Shown here: one piece after another, positions 14,887 through 24,043 of the stretch
Numbering within the stretch: position 1 is the stretch's first letter
Layout: every line of letters starts with the position of its first letter
Source: a virus
Lineage: Duplodnaviria > Caudoviricetes
Length of the DNA: 64,000 bases
Direction: 5' to 3' (one strand)
IMG/VR virus record: IMGVR_UViG_3300027608_000010
Translations under genes and position numbers: made by a program
The notes under the pieces: model-generated
Databases searched by the model: none
Told to the model about the DNA's origin: nothing
What the model saw: the letters and a program-made list of their open reading frames with translations, nothing else

Positions 14887-16117
14887 CTAAGAAACTTTGG
14901 TTGCGTGTAGCATCAAGTTGCATATTAAAGTTAATTGTGTCATTCCATAAATGATGTTCATCTTTTGCCTTCATAAAGTTAATTACACCCTGTATCTGAT
15001 TCAATGTCAATTCATATAGCATTGGATGTTGTTTTACTAGTTTAAAGTTTATCAATCTTTCAGATACATCAGTTAATCTTTCAGTAACTATATTCTTTAA
15101 ACGTTCTGGTAATACTTGTGTGCTTAGACAGTTAGGATACTTGACCATGTTAGTGTAGAACACAATACCCAAATCATCTAAGAAGTATTCAATCATCTTA
15201 TCCAACACTAATACGTTTGATACTTGAACTGCTACTGCACCTACGATTCTACTGATGTTAGGTATCTTTTGAACTTCTTTGACATTCTTAATTAATGTAT
15301 CCCAATCAGCATTGCCCCTGATATACTCATAAGAGTCTTTCATACCATCAATACTTACGTTTAGTGCAACAGACTTAAAGTATGGCCAGTAGTCATAGAT
15401 ATTGCGACTACCTTTACCTAGCATACTCAGGTTAGTAGCATATTTGATTTCAATATCTTTACCATAGGGCTTGAGCATGTCAAGTATTTTATAGTGCTGA
15501 GGATCCATTAAGGGCTCACCACCGGCAAACTCTACTCTGCGAAAATACGGTAATAACTTTTCGAAACTATCCCACCAATTAGGATTGTCTTCAAACTTAT
15601 CTAAATGAGGCTTATTCTTTAGATTGTGCTTATCAACTAAGCCAACAATGATATTGTTTTCTTTCTTATAGAAAGGCTCTACTACTTCCCAATCATTCCA
15701 ACTTGTGCTATCTACTGGATGACACATACGACATTTAAGATTACATAAGTTGTTGAGTTTGATTTCCATTGTAGGGAATTCAAATGGCATGTTGAAATGT
15801 TCATCCATACCATTCATAGCATGAGGGTATAATGTAATGCGACTCTCTGGTATCTTGGGTTCGATGTGACGCTGACGTAAACTCTCAACACCTTGATCCT
15901 CTAAGCTAAAGCATGGTTCACATTCAGATGGACGTTCACTATGTAACACTTGCTGACGTATACGCCGCATGTTATCATTGTTCCATATTTCTTCTAATGT
16001 ATTGTCTTGTATATTGCCTATAGGGTGGCTACGACAGCATACTTGTATTGCTCCGTCTTCTCTAGTTGCTAACCCAGTGAATGGGTGCATACAGAATGTT
16101 CTACTTATTTTGTGCAA
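14855..16117 (-). CDS. radical SAM protein with N-terminal twitch/SPASM domain
   Basis: CMHPF...VCC...CEPC, then CNLKCRMC and FAGGEP; probable TTG start at 16117 overlapping the upstream stop (ORF track starts at 16168). Confidence 0.9.
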   Translation of the reverse strand: MHKISRTFCMHPFTGLATREDGAIQVCCRSHPIGNIQDNTLEEIWNNDNMRRIRQQVLHSERPSECEPCFSLEDQGVESLRQRHIEPKIPESRITLYPHAMNGMDEHFNMPFEFPTMEIKLNNLCNLKCRMCHPVDSTSWNDWEVVEPFYKKENNIIVGLVDKHNLKNKPHLDKFEDNPNWWDSFEKLLPYFRRVEFAGGEPLMDPQHYKILDMLKPYGKDIEIKYATNLSMLGKGSRNIYDYWPYFKSVALNVSIDGMKDSYEYIRGNADWDTLIKNVKEVQKIPNISRIVGAVAVQVSNVLVLDKMIEYFLDDLGIVFYTNMVKYPNCLSTQVLPERLKNIVTERLTDVSERLINFKLVKQHPMLYELTLNQIQGVINFMKAKDEHHLWNDTINFNMQLDATRNQSFLDVTPEFKIYV

Positions 16118-16838
16118 TTGCCCATCCTCTTTCTTTACACCAGAAGCATTCCCCGCATTCTGGTACATGTTGTCCTATCTCATATGTTTCATATGTAATA
16201 TCAGGAAATTCACCTTCACAACTACGTGTAGTAAAGAACAGATCCATGATATTTAAGTCTTTATACTGTTTAACAACCCAATCTTTCTCAATAAATCTAA
16301 AGGGGTGAATTGCATCTCTATCCATATGTTTAGTATAACGCAAATGTTGATTATCGTCAGTAGGTTCAATATTTCTCTTATCCATTCCACCTAAGTCAAT
16401 ACCTCTAGGATTATGGGTGACTGCATTATAATATGCATGTACATCTTCATGGAAGCAAATGTATTCAGCGTAACTACGTATCTCCGTGATATCACCTGAT
16501 ACTAGTTTACCATATTCATCAGTTAATGTTGGGCCAGTGTCACCCCATTCTAAGTCAGGTGGAATGAAGTTTTCATATCGGGTAAAGTGTATGTTTTTAA
16601 ATTTACGTATCAGATAACTGTAAACATCCAATCCATTATACTTTTGCCACGGGCGTGATTTCCACATACGTACATGACTTATTATAAACAAATCAATGTC
16701 AAGTTTATTCTCTGTTATATGCTTACATAATAGATATGCAAGCAAAGCACTATCAGCTCCGCCACTAAGACTAATAGCAATACGCCGGTAGTCGTTACTA
16801 AATGGTATCTTCACCCCATCAACTGTAAAATCATTCAT
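16101..16838 (-). CDS. PP-loop adenine-nucleotide alpha-hydrolase, QueC-like
   Basis: ISLSGGADSALL PP-loop; C-terminal RSCEG...CGECFWCKER Zn motif. Confidence 0.7.
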   Translation of the reverse strand: MNDFTVDGVKIPFSNDYRRIAISLSGGADSALLAYLLCKHITENKLDIDLFIISHVRMWKSRPWQKYNGLDVYSYLIRKFKNIHFTRYENFIPPDLEWGDTGPTLTDEYGKLVSGDITEIRSYAEYICFHEDVHAYYNAVTHNPRGIDLGGMDKRNIEPTDDNQHLRYTKHMDRDAIHPFRFIEKDWVVKQYKDLNIMDLFFTTRSCEGEFPDITYETYEIGQHVPECGECFWCKERGWAIAQNK

Positions 16839-17676
16839 TCAAAAACCTTATTAAGGGACTTAGTCCAACTGGTTGACCGTCACGTAATGCAAGATGTATT
16901 GACTTGGTTGGTGTTAGATTAAAGTCAGTACAGATTTTATAATAGCTACTACTATACTTGTTCCAAAGATAGTCTGGGGGCAAGTTTCTTAGAAAATATA
17001 GTCCTATCATTGATAACGCACGGTTGTTCATGTGGAAGTCATTCATGATTGTAACACTGTTTGGTGCATCATTCCTACTATAACGGATACCAATTCTATT
17101 CCAACCTAGACCCAAACCCTTGCTTAGACTTATACCTACACTATGTATTGCAGTATGGTTAAGATCAAACTCTATATCTCTACAGCAAGTTATCCATGCA
17201 CCATCTATATGTACAGGTATGTTCTTTTCTATGCATTCATTGAGTATAGTTTCCATTTGCTCATGCACTTGACCTACTCTAGGGAATGGCAACGCTATGA
17301 TTAGTGGGACGTTGGGGGCAAGTAATCCAATAACAGAACAGGGTTTGTTTAATCGTTGATGATATCTATAATCACCTTCAATTGTTTGAGCAGGGCCGTC
17401 AATGTATATGTTGTCAATGTATTGAGTACAACCGTTGATGATATCTATACGTTGAAAGTGTTCCAGACCAGTGAGGCTATTAAGTGTTGACATACTTAGC
17501 CAAGTATGCATTTCCGTTTTAAAGTCAGTGTAGACTTGATCGGTTATGTCTGTAAAAACTCCACCTTTAATTACTTTGGCTATTAGACTTTCAATATGGT
17601 TATCTACTAAGGGCTGTGGGCGTTCAATTTCTAACCATTTTGCATCATATGTATGTGCTATACGAATACGTTCCAT
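16831..17676 (-). CDS. PLP-dependent fold-type-I enzyme (aminotransferase-like)
   Basis: VHIDGAW (PLP-binding Asp) and SLSKGLG...RIGIR (Schiff-base Lys). Confidence 0.6.
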   Translation of the reverse strand: MERIRIAHTYDAKWLEIERPQPLVDNHIESLIAKVIKGGVFTDITDQVYTDFKTEMHTWLSMSTLNSLTGLEHFQRIDIINGCTQYIDNIYIDGPAQTIEGDYRYHQRLNKPCSVIGLLAPNVPLIIALPFPRVGQVHEQMETILNECIEKNIPVHIDGAWITCCRDIEFDLNHTAIHSVGISLSKGLGLGWNRIGIRYSRNDAPNSVTIMNDFHMNNRALSMIGLYFLRNLPPDYLWNKYSSSYYKICTDFNLTPTKSIHLALRDGQPVGLSPLIRFLNE

Positions 17677-17705
17677 AACTTATTTAATGATAGAAGTAGG
17701 TGTTC

Positions 17706-17712
17706 ATAAATA
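17706..17712 (+). promoter_or_regulatory. T4-like late-promoter motif
   Basis: ATAAATA just upstream of ATG 17717; the same motif precedes many island genes. Confidence 0.45.
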
Positions 17713-17716
17713 TTTC

Positions 17717-18382
17717 ATGCTTTCACCAACTAATTTTACTGTGAGTACTAATTTATTTCAGGCGTTATATGACATAACCGACGATCAAGTTATGAAAACT
17801 GTTATCAATGAACCAACCGGGGATTTCTTTTATGATCCCTGGGTAATTAAAGCAGAATATGTAGGTACTGTTTGGGAAGAGTTACTTAAGCCATTGACAA
17901 ACATTGGAGAAGCTAGAAAAATAGTATTAGAACCCGTACAGTGTTATCACGCACATGCCGACATAGACGATAGATACCATCTTACTATACAAGCTGAAGA
18001 ATGTTATTTGATAGATTTAGATTTTGGTAAAACACATAAATTAAATGCTGATGGGATCTGGTATGAGATGGATGCAGGTAGATTACATACTGCGGCAAAC
18101 TTTGGTAGATATCCTAGAATACAATTAGTAGTGCGAAAACTAATGTCGAGACCAGTGTTAAACAACCCCATAAACATAAGATTAACATCATCAATTTCAA
18201 GCATCAATGACCGAAGATTTAAATTTGACAATACGATCAGTCCTTTATTAAATTCATTTAACAAACTAGGAGTAATTGACAACTTTTCATTTGGCAATGT
18301 TGTTTTGATGACATTGGAAAATGATGTGATACCTAAATTACAACAGAAATTGCCAATTGGATTTGATCTGGAGATAGTATGA
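17717..18382 (+). CDS. 2OG-Fe(II) oxygenase, Asp/Asn beta-hydroxylase-like
   Basis: YHAHADIDDRYH (HxD), LHTAANFG...RIQLVV; start 17717 inferred (ORF track 17546). Confidence 0.75.
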   Translation: MLSPTNFTVSTNLFQALYDITDDQVMKTVINEPTGDFFYDPWVIKAEYVGTVWEELLKPLTNIGEARKIVLEPVQCYHAHADIDDRYHLTIQAEECYLIDLDFGKTHKLNADGIWYEMDAGRLHTAANFGRYPRIQLVVRKLMSRPVLNNPINIRLTSSISSINDRRFKFDNTISPLLNSFNKLGVIDNFSFGNVVLMTLENDVIPKLQQKLPIGFDLEIV

Positions 18383-19071
18383 TTGACACTAGCAAATGGG
18401 AATATTTTTATAAGATAGACTATACAGGTGACCATGAAGTTACTACTAATATGATGTATACTCCCAAAGTCAACTCTGAGAAAACAATGATGTGTATGAT
18501 CTGGGATGAAAATGAACCATATCAAAACGAAAACACAAAAATGACTAAAGAACTTATCGATTTTTTCTTTGAAAGAGAAATACGATATTTAACCTATTTT
18601 CAAAAATTTGATTGGGCGGCTAAACTAATTGAGATTGATAATATTAAGAGAAGTATCTTTATCGAATTTCCCGGAGAAACGTTGAATAACATAGTAACAA
18701 ATCCCAACAGAAGTTTAGATATAGAATGTCCTGATTGGAAAGATCAAATTTTTAATATATTAAAAGACATCAAAGAATGTGGCTATTATAAAATGGCATT
18801 ATATCCTCACTGTTTCTTCATAAATAATAATAAGATAACTACGTTTGATTTTTATGGTTGTATAGAGATGTCATATCCATATATAGAAAGAAATAAAATA
18901 GAGGGCTTGATCGGTCCTGATAGTAGTAGTAGATTTGATTCTGCTACTACCAAAGATGTAGTTGATTTCTCAGTTTTTTTTAAAAATACAATGCTAAGCC
19001 ACTTGCATAATACTTGGTCTCAAAACCCATTCCCTGAATTTTATAGAAAGTTATTTGATGAAAAATTGTAA
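18379..19071 (+). CDS. degenerate protein-kinase/APH-like fold protein (paralog of 25109-25801)
   Basis: EREIRYL helix and TFDFYG (DFG-like); catalytic HxD not evident. Confidence 0.45.
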   Translation: MIDTSKWEYFYKIDYTGDHEVTTNMMYTPKVNSEKTMMCMIWDENEPYQNENTKMTKELIDFFFEREIRYLTYFQKFDWAAKLIEIDNIKRSIFIEFPGETLNNIVTNPNRSLDIECPDWKDQIFNILKDIKECGYYKMALYPHCFFINNNKITTFDFYGCIEMSYPYIERNKIEGLIGPDSSSRFDSATTKDVVDFSVFFKNTMLSHLHNTWSQNPFPEFYRKLFDEKL

Positions 19072-19627
19072 ATTGTTGCCGTTATATAATGAAATAGATT
19101 GGAACGCTTTGATCGAATCATTGGGGTTACCGGAGGAATTACATCAACCAGATACAACTGACTGGCTTTTGTGGGAAACAATGGAAAAAGACGGTAATGA
19201 AATGAAAGTTGTTTTCAAGAACTGGAAAGAAGCTAATTTTAATCTGCCTGCTATTAAATGGAGTAATTACTATCCAGGTACTGGTTTTCCATTAGAGGTT
19301 ACTGAAAAAATAGTAGACCATTTGGGGTTAAATGGTATGCATCGTGCATGGATTAGTAGATTAGACCCCGGAACCATGGCGCCTTGGCATTTTGACGGTG
19401 ATGATAGCGTTGATGAATATCTTAAGAAAGGAATTCCTAGAAGATTTGTTTGTTGCATTTCTAAGCCTACACATGGTCATATTTTTTACTTAGGAAAAGA
19501 AGAACAAGATTATTTTGTTGCCAGTCCTCAAGGTACTTTATTTGAATGGAATAACTTTAGAGATTGGCATTCAGGGATCAATGCCGGTTTAACTCCAAAA
19601 TATCAATTTCATATTATTGGATATTAA
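19055..19627 (+). CDS. 2OG-Fe(II) oxygenase, Asp/Asn beta-hydroxylase-like
   Basis: WISRLDPGTMAPWHFD...WHSGINAG. Confidence 0.75.
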   Translation: MMKNCKLLPLYNEIDWNALIESLGLPEELHQPDTTDWLLWETMEKDGNEMKVVFKNWKEANFNLPAIKWSNYYPGTGFPLEVTEKIVDHLGLNGMHRAWISRLDPGTMAPWHFDGDDSVDEYLKKGIPRRFVCCISKPTHGHIFYLGKEEQDYFVASPQGTLFEWNNFRDWHSGINAGLTPKYQFHIIGY

Positions 19628-20208
19628 AAACTGTACTTGAAGATTTCAATGTCACGCTGTGACAATTTTTCAACAATTGTTCTAGTGTTGTGACTATAGT
19701 AATCTTTATACGAGCTATGGTTAGTAACGTATAATTTAGGCAACGTATCAACACATCCATAGAACCGTTGTATCTGTGAAAAGTTTTCTGCTAAATTTTC
19801 AAATCTTAAAACTAAGTTTACAGGATAATCTAACCATTCAATTTGTTCTGTTTCTGGTCTAAACCAATAATCTACCGGGTTGTCAAAGTTAGATAAATTT
19901 TCAATCCATACCTTGAAGGTGGGGAAATTTTCTTCGGTGATGTTGTTTAGTTTCAACCAACTACTTCCCTCAGGTAACGAAATGTTTTTTAAATAATGGT
20001 ATGCACTAACCATCCTATCCCACGGATTTCTTACTATGGTAAAAGAATAATTTCCTTGTGGTAATTCTGAATGTTTAGGATGTGATTCCCATTCATTTAC
20101 TGTGCTGTTACCCTTATTAGTACGTAACCATTCAAGCATACTAGTACCTGCTGTTTTAGGTATATGTAAAAACGTTAAATTCTTTTCACCTGTAATATAG
20201 GCAGACAT
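19624..20208 (-). CDS. sulfotransferase (Sulfotransfer_2-like)
   Basis: FLHIPKTAGTS 5'-PSB loop and VRNPWDRMVSAY 3'-PB motif; start 20208 inferred. Confidence 0.85.
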   Translation of the reverse strand: MSAYITGEKNLTFLHIPKTAGTSMLEWLRTNKGNSTVNEWESHPKHSELPQGNYSFTIVRNPWDRMVSAYHYLKNISLPEGSSWLKLNNITEENFPTFKVWIENLSNFDNPVDYWFRPETEQIEWLDYPVNLVLRFENLAENFSQIQRFYGCVDTLPKLYVTNHSSYKDYYSHNTRTIVEKLSQRDIEIFKYSF

Positions 20209-20209
20209 A

Positions 20210-20731
20210 TTAATCGTATGTTGTAATTTGCAATGTGTACCTAGTTTCATGGCCAATATTTACAACTCCATGATACATCATAGGATCATTCCACTTGAAC
20301 ATATCTCCTGCTTTATAACTAGATATATAATTGTCATCCCATACAAATATATGACCTGGTTTCCAATCTTCTAAAAACATAGTGTATCTTAGTGGATTAG
20401 GTATTGAAATTAGATGCGGATCAAAATGCATCGGTTGCATTTGTCCAGGAAATAACTTAACTATCCACCAGAAACTTTTTCTATCGTCATCGGGTATATG
20501 CGGTAATGTTAGATTGAATTTACTCATGTCAGATGATTGTGAATTGAATTGTTGGAAATCATGATTACGATGTGCATATCCACAACGAGTTTTTTCTCTT
20601 GCGGCATCTAAAAGAGGATGACCTTTCCATTTATCCGGTTGCCATACTGGCATAGTATCACCGTCATTTGTTTTAATAAACTCTATAAATTCTGGAATGA
20701 TCCAAGATGAATAATTATTAACTAATTCCAT
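20210..20731 (-). CDS. 2OG-Fe(II) oxygenase-like protein
   Basis: KLFPGQMQPMHFD...YHGVVNIG..RYTLQI. Confidence 0.72.
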   Translation of the reverse strand: MELVNNYSSWIIPEFIEFIKTNDGDTMPVWQPDKWKGHPLLDAAREKTRCGYAHRNHDFQQFNSQSSDMSKFNLTLPHIPDDDRKSFWWIVKLFPGQMQPMHFDPHLISIPNPLRYTMFLEDWKPGHIFVWDDNYISSYKAGDMFKWNDPMMYHGVVNIGHETRYTLQITTYD

Positions 20732-21272
20732 TTATAAAAATATCCAAGTTAGGATTCCATACATTTAGATTAAGAATAATTCTAGGTGAATATCCTATAT
20801 TGCAAGCACCATGCCATTCATTATTATCTTCAAATTGGTAAATATTGCCTTTTTTCCATCCTGTGATAGATGTTTCTCCCCAAATAAATACATGACCATT
20901 TTGGTAGTCTTGCAACGGCATCCAGTATTTTTTACTGATAAGATCAGGTTCGTCACTATCTAAGTGCATAGGCATTACATCGCCGGGTAATAGTTTAACA
21001 AATCGCCATTCAATGTCATCTTCATTTTCTGAAAATTTCAAATTAAACGGAACATTTGTTTTATTAAATACACGATAATGTATTTTAGAAAAATCATAAC
21101 CACCATTCAATGCACGTTCACATGAGATTGGTCCGCAGTAATTAACCATTCCTTGTATACGACTTTTTTGATCTGTTCCGTAATCTCTTGGCAAGCACCA
21201 GCCATCGTTACTTAACATGCAGTCAATCCATTCTTGTTTAATCCAATCGCTATAATTTCCTATTAATTTCAT
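20718..21272 (-). CDS. 2OG-Fe(II) oxygenase-like protein
   Basis: KLLPGDVMPMHLD...WHGACNIG..RIILNL. Confidence 0.72.
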   Translation of the reverse strand: MKLIGNYSDWIKQEWIDCMLSNDGWCLPRDYGTDQKSRIQGMVNYCGPISCERALNGGYDFSKIHYRVFNKTNVPFNLKFSENEDDIEWRFVKLLPGDVMPMHLDSDEPDLISKKYWMPLQDYQNGHVFIWGETSITGWKKGNIYQFEDNNEWHGACNIGYSPRIILNLNVWNPNLDIFINGIS

Positions 21273-22078
21273 TAATAATTCTCCAAATGTTCTATTCCCA
21301 GTTTCTTACGAAAATGCTCAGTGAATTTGCCATCGATGCGTAAGCTATAACTCTGCTCTATAATCTTTTCGCCGCCGTGCCAATCATTATCATTCCACCA
21401 TGCCGCTCTTGTATTTAGATATGTTTTATTATTTGATTCAGGGTCCCACAAGTAAAATGCTTTCTTTGTATTAGGACGTATATGTATGAATTCATTACGA
21501 TGATCAAATGTGACATTCATTCCGTTCTTAGCGTCTAAGTCTCTGTGTTCAAAGGGTATACCGTCGGCCTCACAGTGAAAAAATATAACTCTACCGATAT
21601 GTTCAAAGATACCATCAGTGATAGTTTTTTCTACCCATTTAACTACATTAGGAAAGTATTCTGCTTCTTCTGTTAGTTTACGTTCAGCGGTTCTATTATC
21701 CCAACTTCCTTCTTCCCAGAGATAGTAATAGATATAAGGATCATATGCACCCATAGCCATTTTTAAAAAACGTGTAAACTTATTACGTTCTTTAAAGTCT
21801 TTGAAGTCGGCCGGCATTAGTTTCATTCCGGCTTGCTTAATGAGATTGTCTTCAGGTAGTGCCATAAACTCATTCATTGCTTCATAGATGGGTTTCCAGT
21901 TAATACGATAACTCATGTTTTCAAATGTAAACCCAGGAGCCATCCAAGTACCTTCTTTGGCAAATTCTCTTGCTACTGCAAACCCTGTAATGATTTCAGG
22001 TTGTAGTCTTTCAAATTCAGACATATCTAAATATTGTTCCATATTATAGTATGGATTGTTGTTTATACCAATCATCAT
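21272..22078 (-). CDS. 2OG-Fe(II) oxygenase-like (cupin) protein
   Basis: GRVIFF...PFEHRD...DWHGG...SLRIDG. Confidence 0.6.
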   Translation of the reverse strand: MMIGINNNPYYNMEQYLDMSEFERLQPEIITGFAVAREFAKEGTWMAPGFTFENMSYRINWKPIYEAMNEFMALPEDNLIKQAGMKLMPADFKDFKERNKFTRFLKMAMGAYDPYIYYYLWEEGSWDNRTAERKLTEEAEYFPNVVKWVEKTITDGIFEHIGRVIFFHCEADGIPFEHRDLDAKNGMNVTFDHRNEFIHIRPNTKKAFYLWDPESNNKTYLNTRAAWWNDNDWHGGEKIIEQSYSLRIDGKFTEHFRKKLGIEHLENY

Positions 22079-22863
22079 TTCTTTTCCATGTTATTTTTTA
22101 ACAGTAATACTATAGGATAACTTGTATCAACCTCATACCATTTAGTATTAGGGGATATTGCCTTAGGTAATCCGTGATGATTATTTTGTAACATACCAGC
22201 AAACAATCCTAAAAACATATAATGAAATAACAAATTATTTGAAGAGGTATCATCTGTATCAAAGTTCCTATAGCTTAGGGGGAAATTCTTAATGTGACCG
22301 CATAGTCCGGCTAATCCAGTCATTATAGTTAATAACAATCGACCCACACAAACTACGTTAAGAAGTACTATAGGACAAAGAATAGCTAATGTAATTAGCA
22401 TTGCAATAGAAATATTATTCTGATGAGTACAACACCACTTAGTCCAAGCATCATTTACTATGTAAGCATACTTTGCTTTTCTGCGTTCAATGTAGGCAGC
22501 ATAGTTTTTTGGCTTGACATCTTTGCGGGGAATAGGACTTACTATAGTAGTTGAATACCAGTGATATCTCCAATTCATTACATCTTCCGGACCCTTATCA
22601 CTATGTACATGGTGTAATTGATGGGACATGACAATCCATTGTACTGGGCCGTATCCCATATCAGCACTTGCTAGAAAGGTTAATATCTTGTACAATTTTG
22701 AGTCTGTATTAATATCAAACATTCCATGACTACAAATACGATGACAAAATATATCATTTATTACAACAGTGTACGTTAAAGCTAACAGTAACCAATACCA
22801 TTCAATATGCACCACTGCATAAACTCCTAACAATAACATCAATGCTGTAATTACTAATCTCAT
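22075..22863 (-). CDS. membrane fatty-acid desaturase family protein (Delta9-like)
   Basis: His boxes HRICSH, HQLHH and QNNHH; hydrophobic TM segments; C-terminal KWYEVD. Confidence 0.85.
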   Translation of the reverse strand: MRLVITALMLLLGVYAVVHIEWYWLLLALTYTVVINDIFCHRICSHGMFDINTDSKLYKILTFLASADMGYGPVQWIVMSHQLHHVHSDKGPEDVMNWRYHWYSTTIVSPIPRKDVKPKNYAAYIERRKAKYAYIVNDAWTKWCCTHQNNISIAMLITLAILCPIVLLNVVCVGRLLLTIMTGLAGLCGHIKNFPLSYRNFDTDDTSSNNLLFHYMFLGLFAGMLQNNHHGLPKAISPNTKWYEVDTSYPIVLLLKNNMEKK

Positions 22864-23927
22864 ACTGGTAGTTTAAAATCTTTTATTCCAGCCAAGTCAA
22901 TATAGTATTTAATTTCGTCTTCATATAACTTAGCTGTTGGTTCATGTAAATATGGTTGCCAAAATCCATCTTGTAGATTACTATAATCGTGCTGAACACG
23001 ATAACATAATCTATTTTTAATATCACCCAGTCTACGATGCAATGTTATGCTGTTATCAAACAAACAGAAATCATTGTTACTTTGATACCAGTGGTCATAT
23101 ATGTATTTGTCAACGAACAATTCTTTGTTTATTTCAGCAAATACACTATCACTTTCTTCTGGTGTCATCCCCTTGATGCGGTAGATAGTATTAGCACTAT
23201 AATGTAATCCAATAATCCCGCCAGGACTTCGCATGACAATTGGAATCTCCATATCATCTTCAGGGCACATATTGGCATGCATGACTTCGTCCTGTTCCAT
23301 ACGTAAGCCAGGATTAATACGTCCAGGAGTAAATCTATGTAACAGAATCATTTCATCTAATTCACTTCGAAATGCGTTGCTAACATTCTCATAATAATCC
23401 GGCGTAGTTATAAATCCAGTACTAGAGCCAATCATATTTTCTGCACCTAGTAACGCAACACCCGGTGTAAATGTTAATGTTCCGCTTTCGTTGCTATGCC
23501 ATAATAATTCACCTTCTGCAAACATTCCTAAGGCATTACCTTTTTCGTCACGTTTGCCGGTAACCCGCATAACATGCTTCCCGTCGGATGTTATTTCTTG
23601 CATGTTGACAATACTTTTTAATCTAATGCGATCAATCTCATCGACACTTGGATCATCTTGCATAGCTAATCTTGCTATCTGAGTAAATGTCTTTCCTGGA
23701 TATTTCTTAAGGATTAGATAACGAACTCCGTATCTAGTGTCTCCAAACTGTGTGCAAAAATCTGTTTGTTTATCCCACGACAGGTTACAATCACGTATTA
23801 TGGTTACGAAATTTTGTAAGTGTAGTTTACCAATCTCTATCCATTCTTCATTAGTAATAGTAGTGAAATCAACATCGTCAATGAAGATTCCGAATCGTCC
23901 TAGTCCTGGTATTTTGCTAATTTTCAT
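22860..23927 (-). CDS. TauD/TfdA-family 2OG-dependent dioxygenase
   Basis: LLWHSNE...GSSTGF...FDNSITLHRR. Confidence 0.82.
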   Translation of the reverse strand: MKISKIPGLGRFGIFIDDVDFTTITNEEWIEIGKLHLQNFVTIIRDCNLSWDKQTDFCTQFGDTRYGVRYLILKKYPGKTFTQIARLAMQDDPSVDEIDRIRLKSIVNMQEITSDGKHVMRVTGKRDEKGNALGMFAEGELLWHSNESGTLTFTPGVALLGAENMIGSSTGFITTPDYYENVSNAFRSELDEMILLHRFTPGRINPGLRMEQDEVMHANMCPEDDMEIPIVMRSPGGIIGLHYSANTIYRIKGMTPEESDSVFAEINKELFVDKYIYDHWYQSNNDFCLFDNSITLHRRLGDIKNRLCYRVQHDYSNLQDGFWQPYLHEPTAKLYEDEIKYYIDLAGIKDFKLPV

Positions 23928-24043
23928 AAATATTGTCTTCCTATATCAAATCTCTTTTGTAATTTGAAATACCTAAAATGGTATATACGTTTGAAGTTGA
24001 ATGTAAATCCAAACACATGCTTATCGTTTGTGAACGAGATCAT
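23924..24043 (-). CDS. aromatic-rich 39-aa peptide (MISFTNDKHVFGFTFNFKRIYHFRYFKLQKRFDIGRQYL)
   Basis: Hand-translated; ATGA overlap with the upstream radical SAM stop and with the downstream TauD start; fills the gap exactly. Confidence 0.5.
   Translation of the reverse strand: MISFTNDKHVFGFTFNFKRIYHFRYFKLQKRFDIGRQYL

Noticed and set aside
16101-16838. queC and a 7-deazaguanine DNA-modification system
   Set aside because: Only the PP-loop/Zn motif matches; folE, queD and dpdA are not seen in the window, so no gene symbol was assigned.
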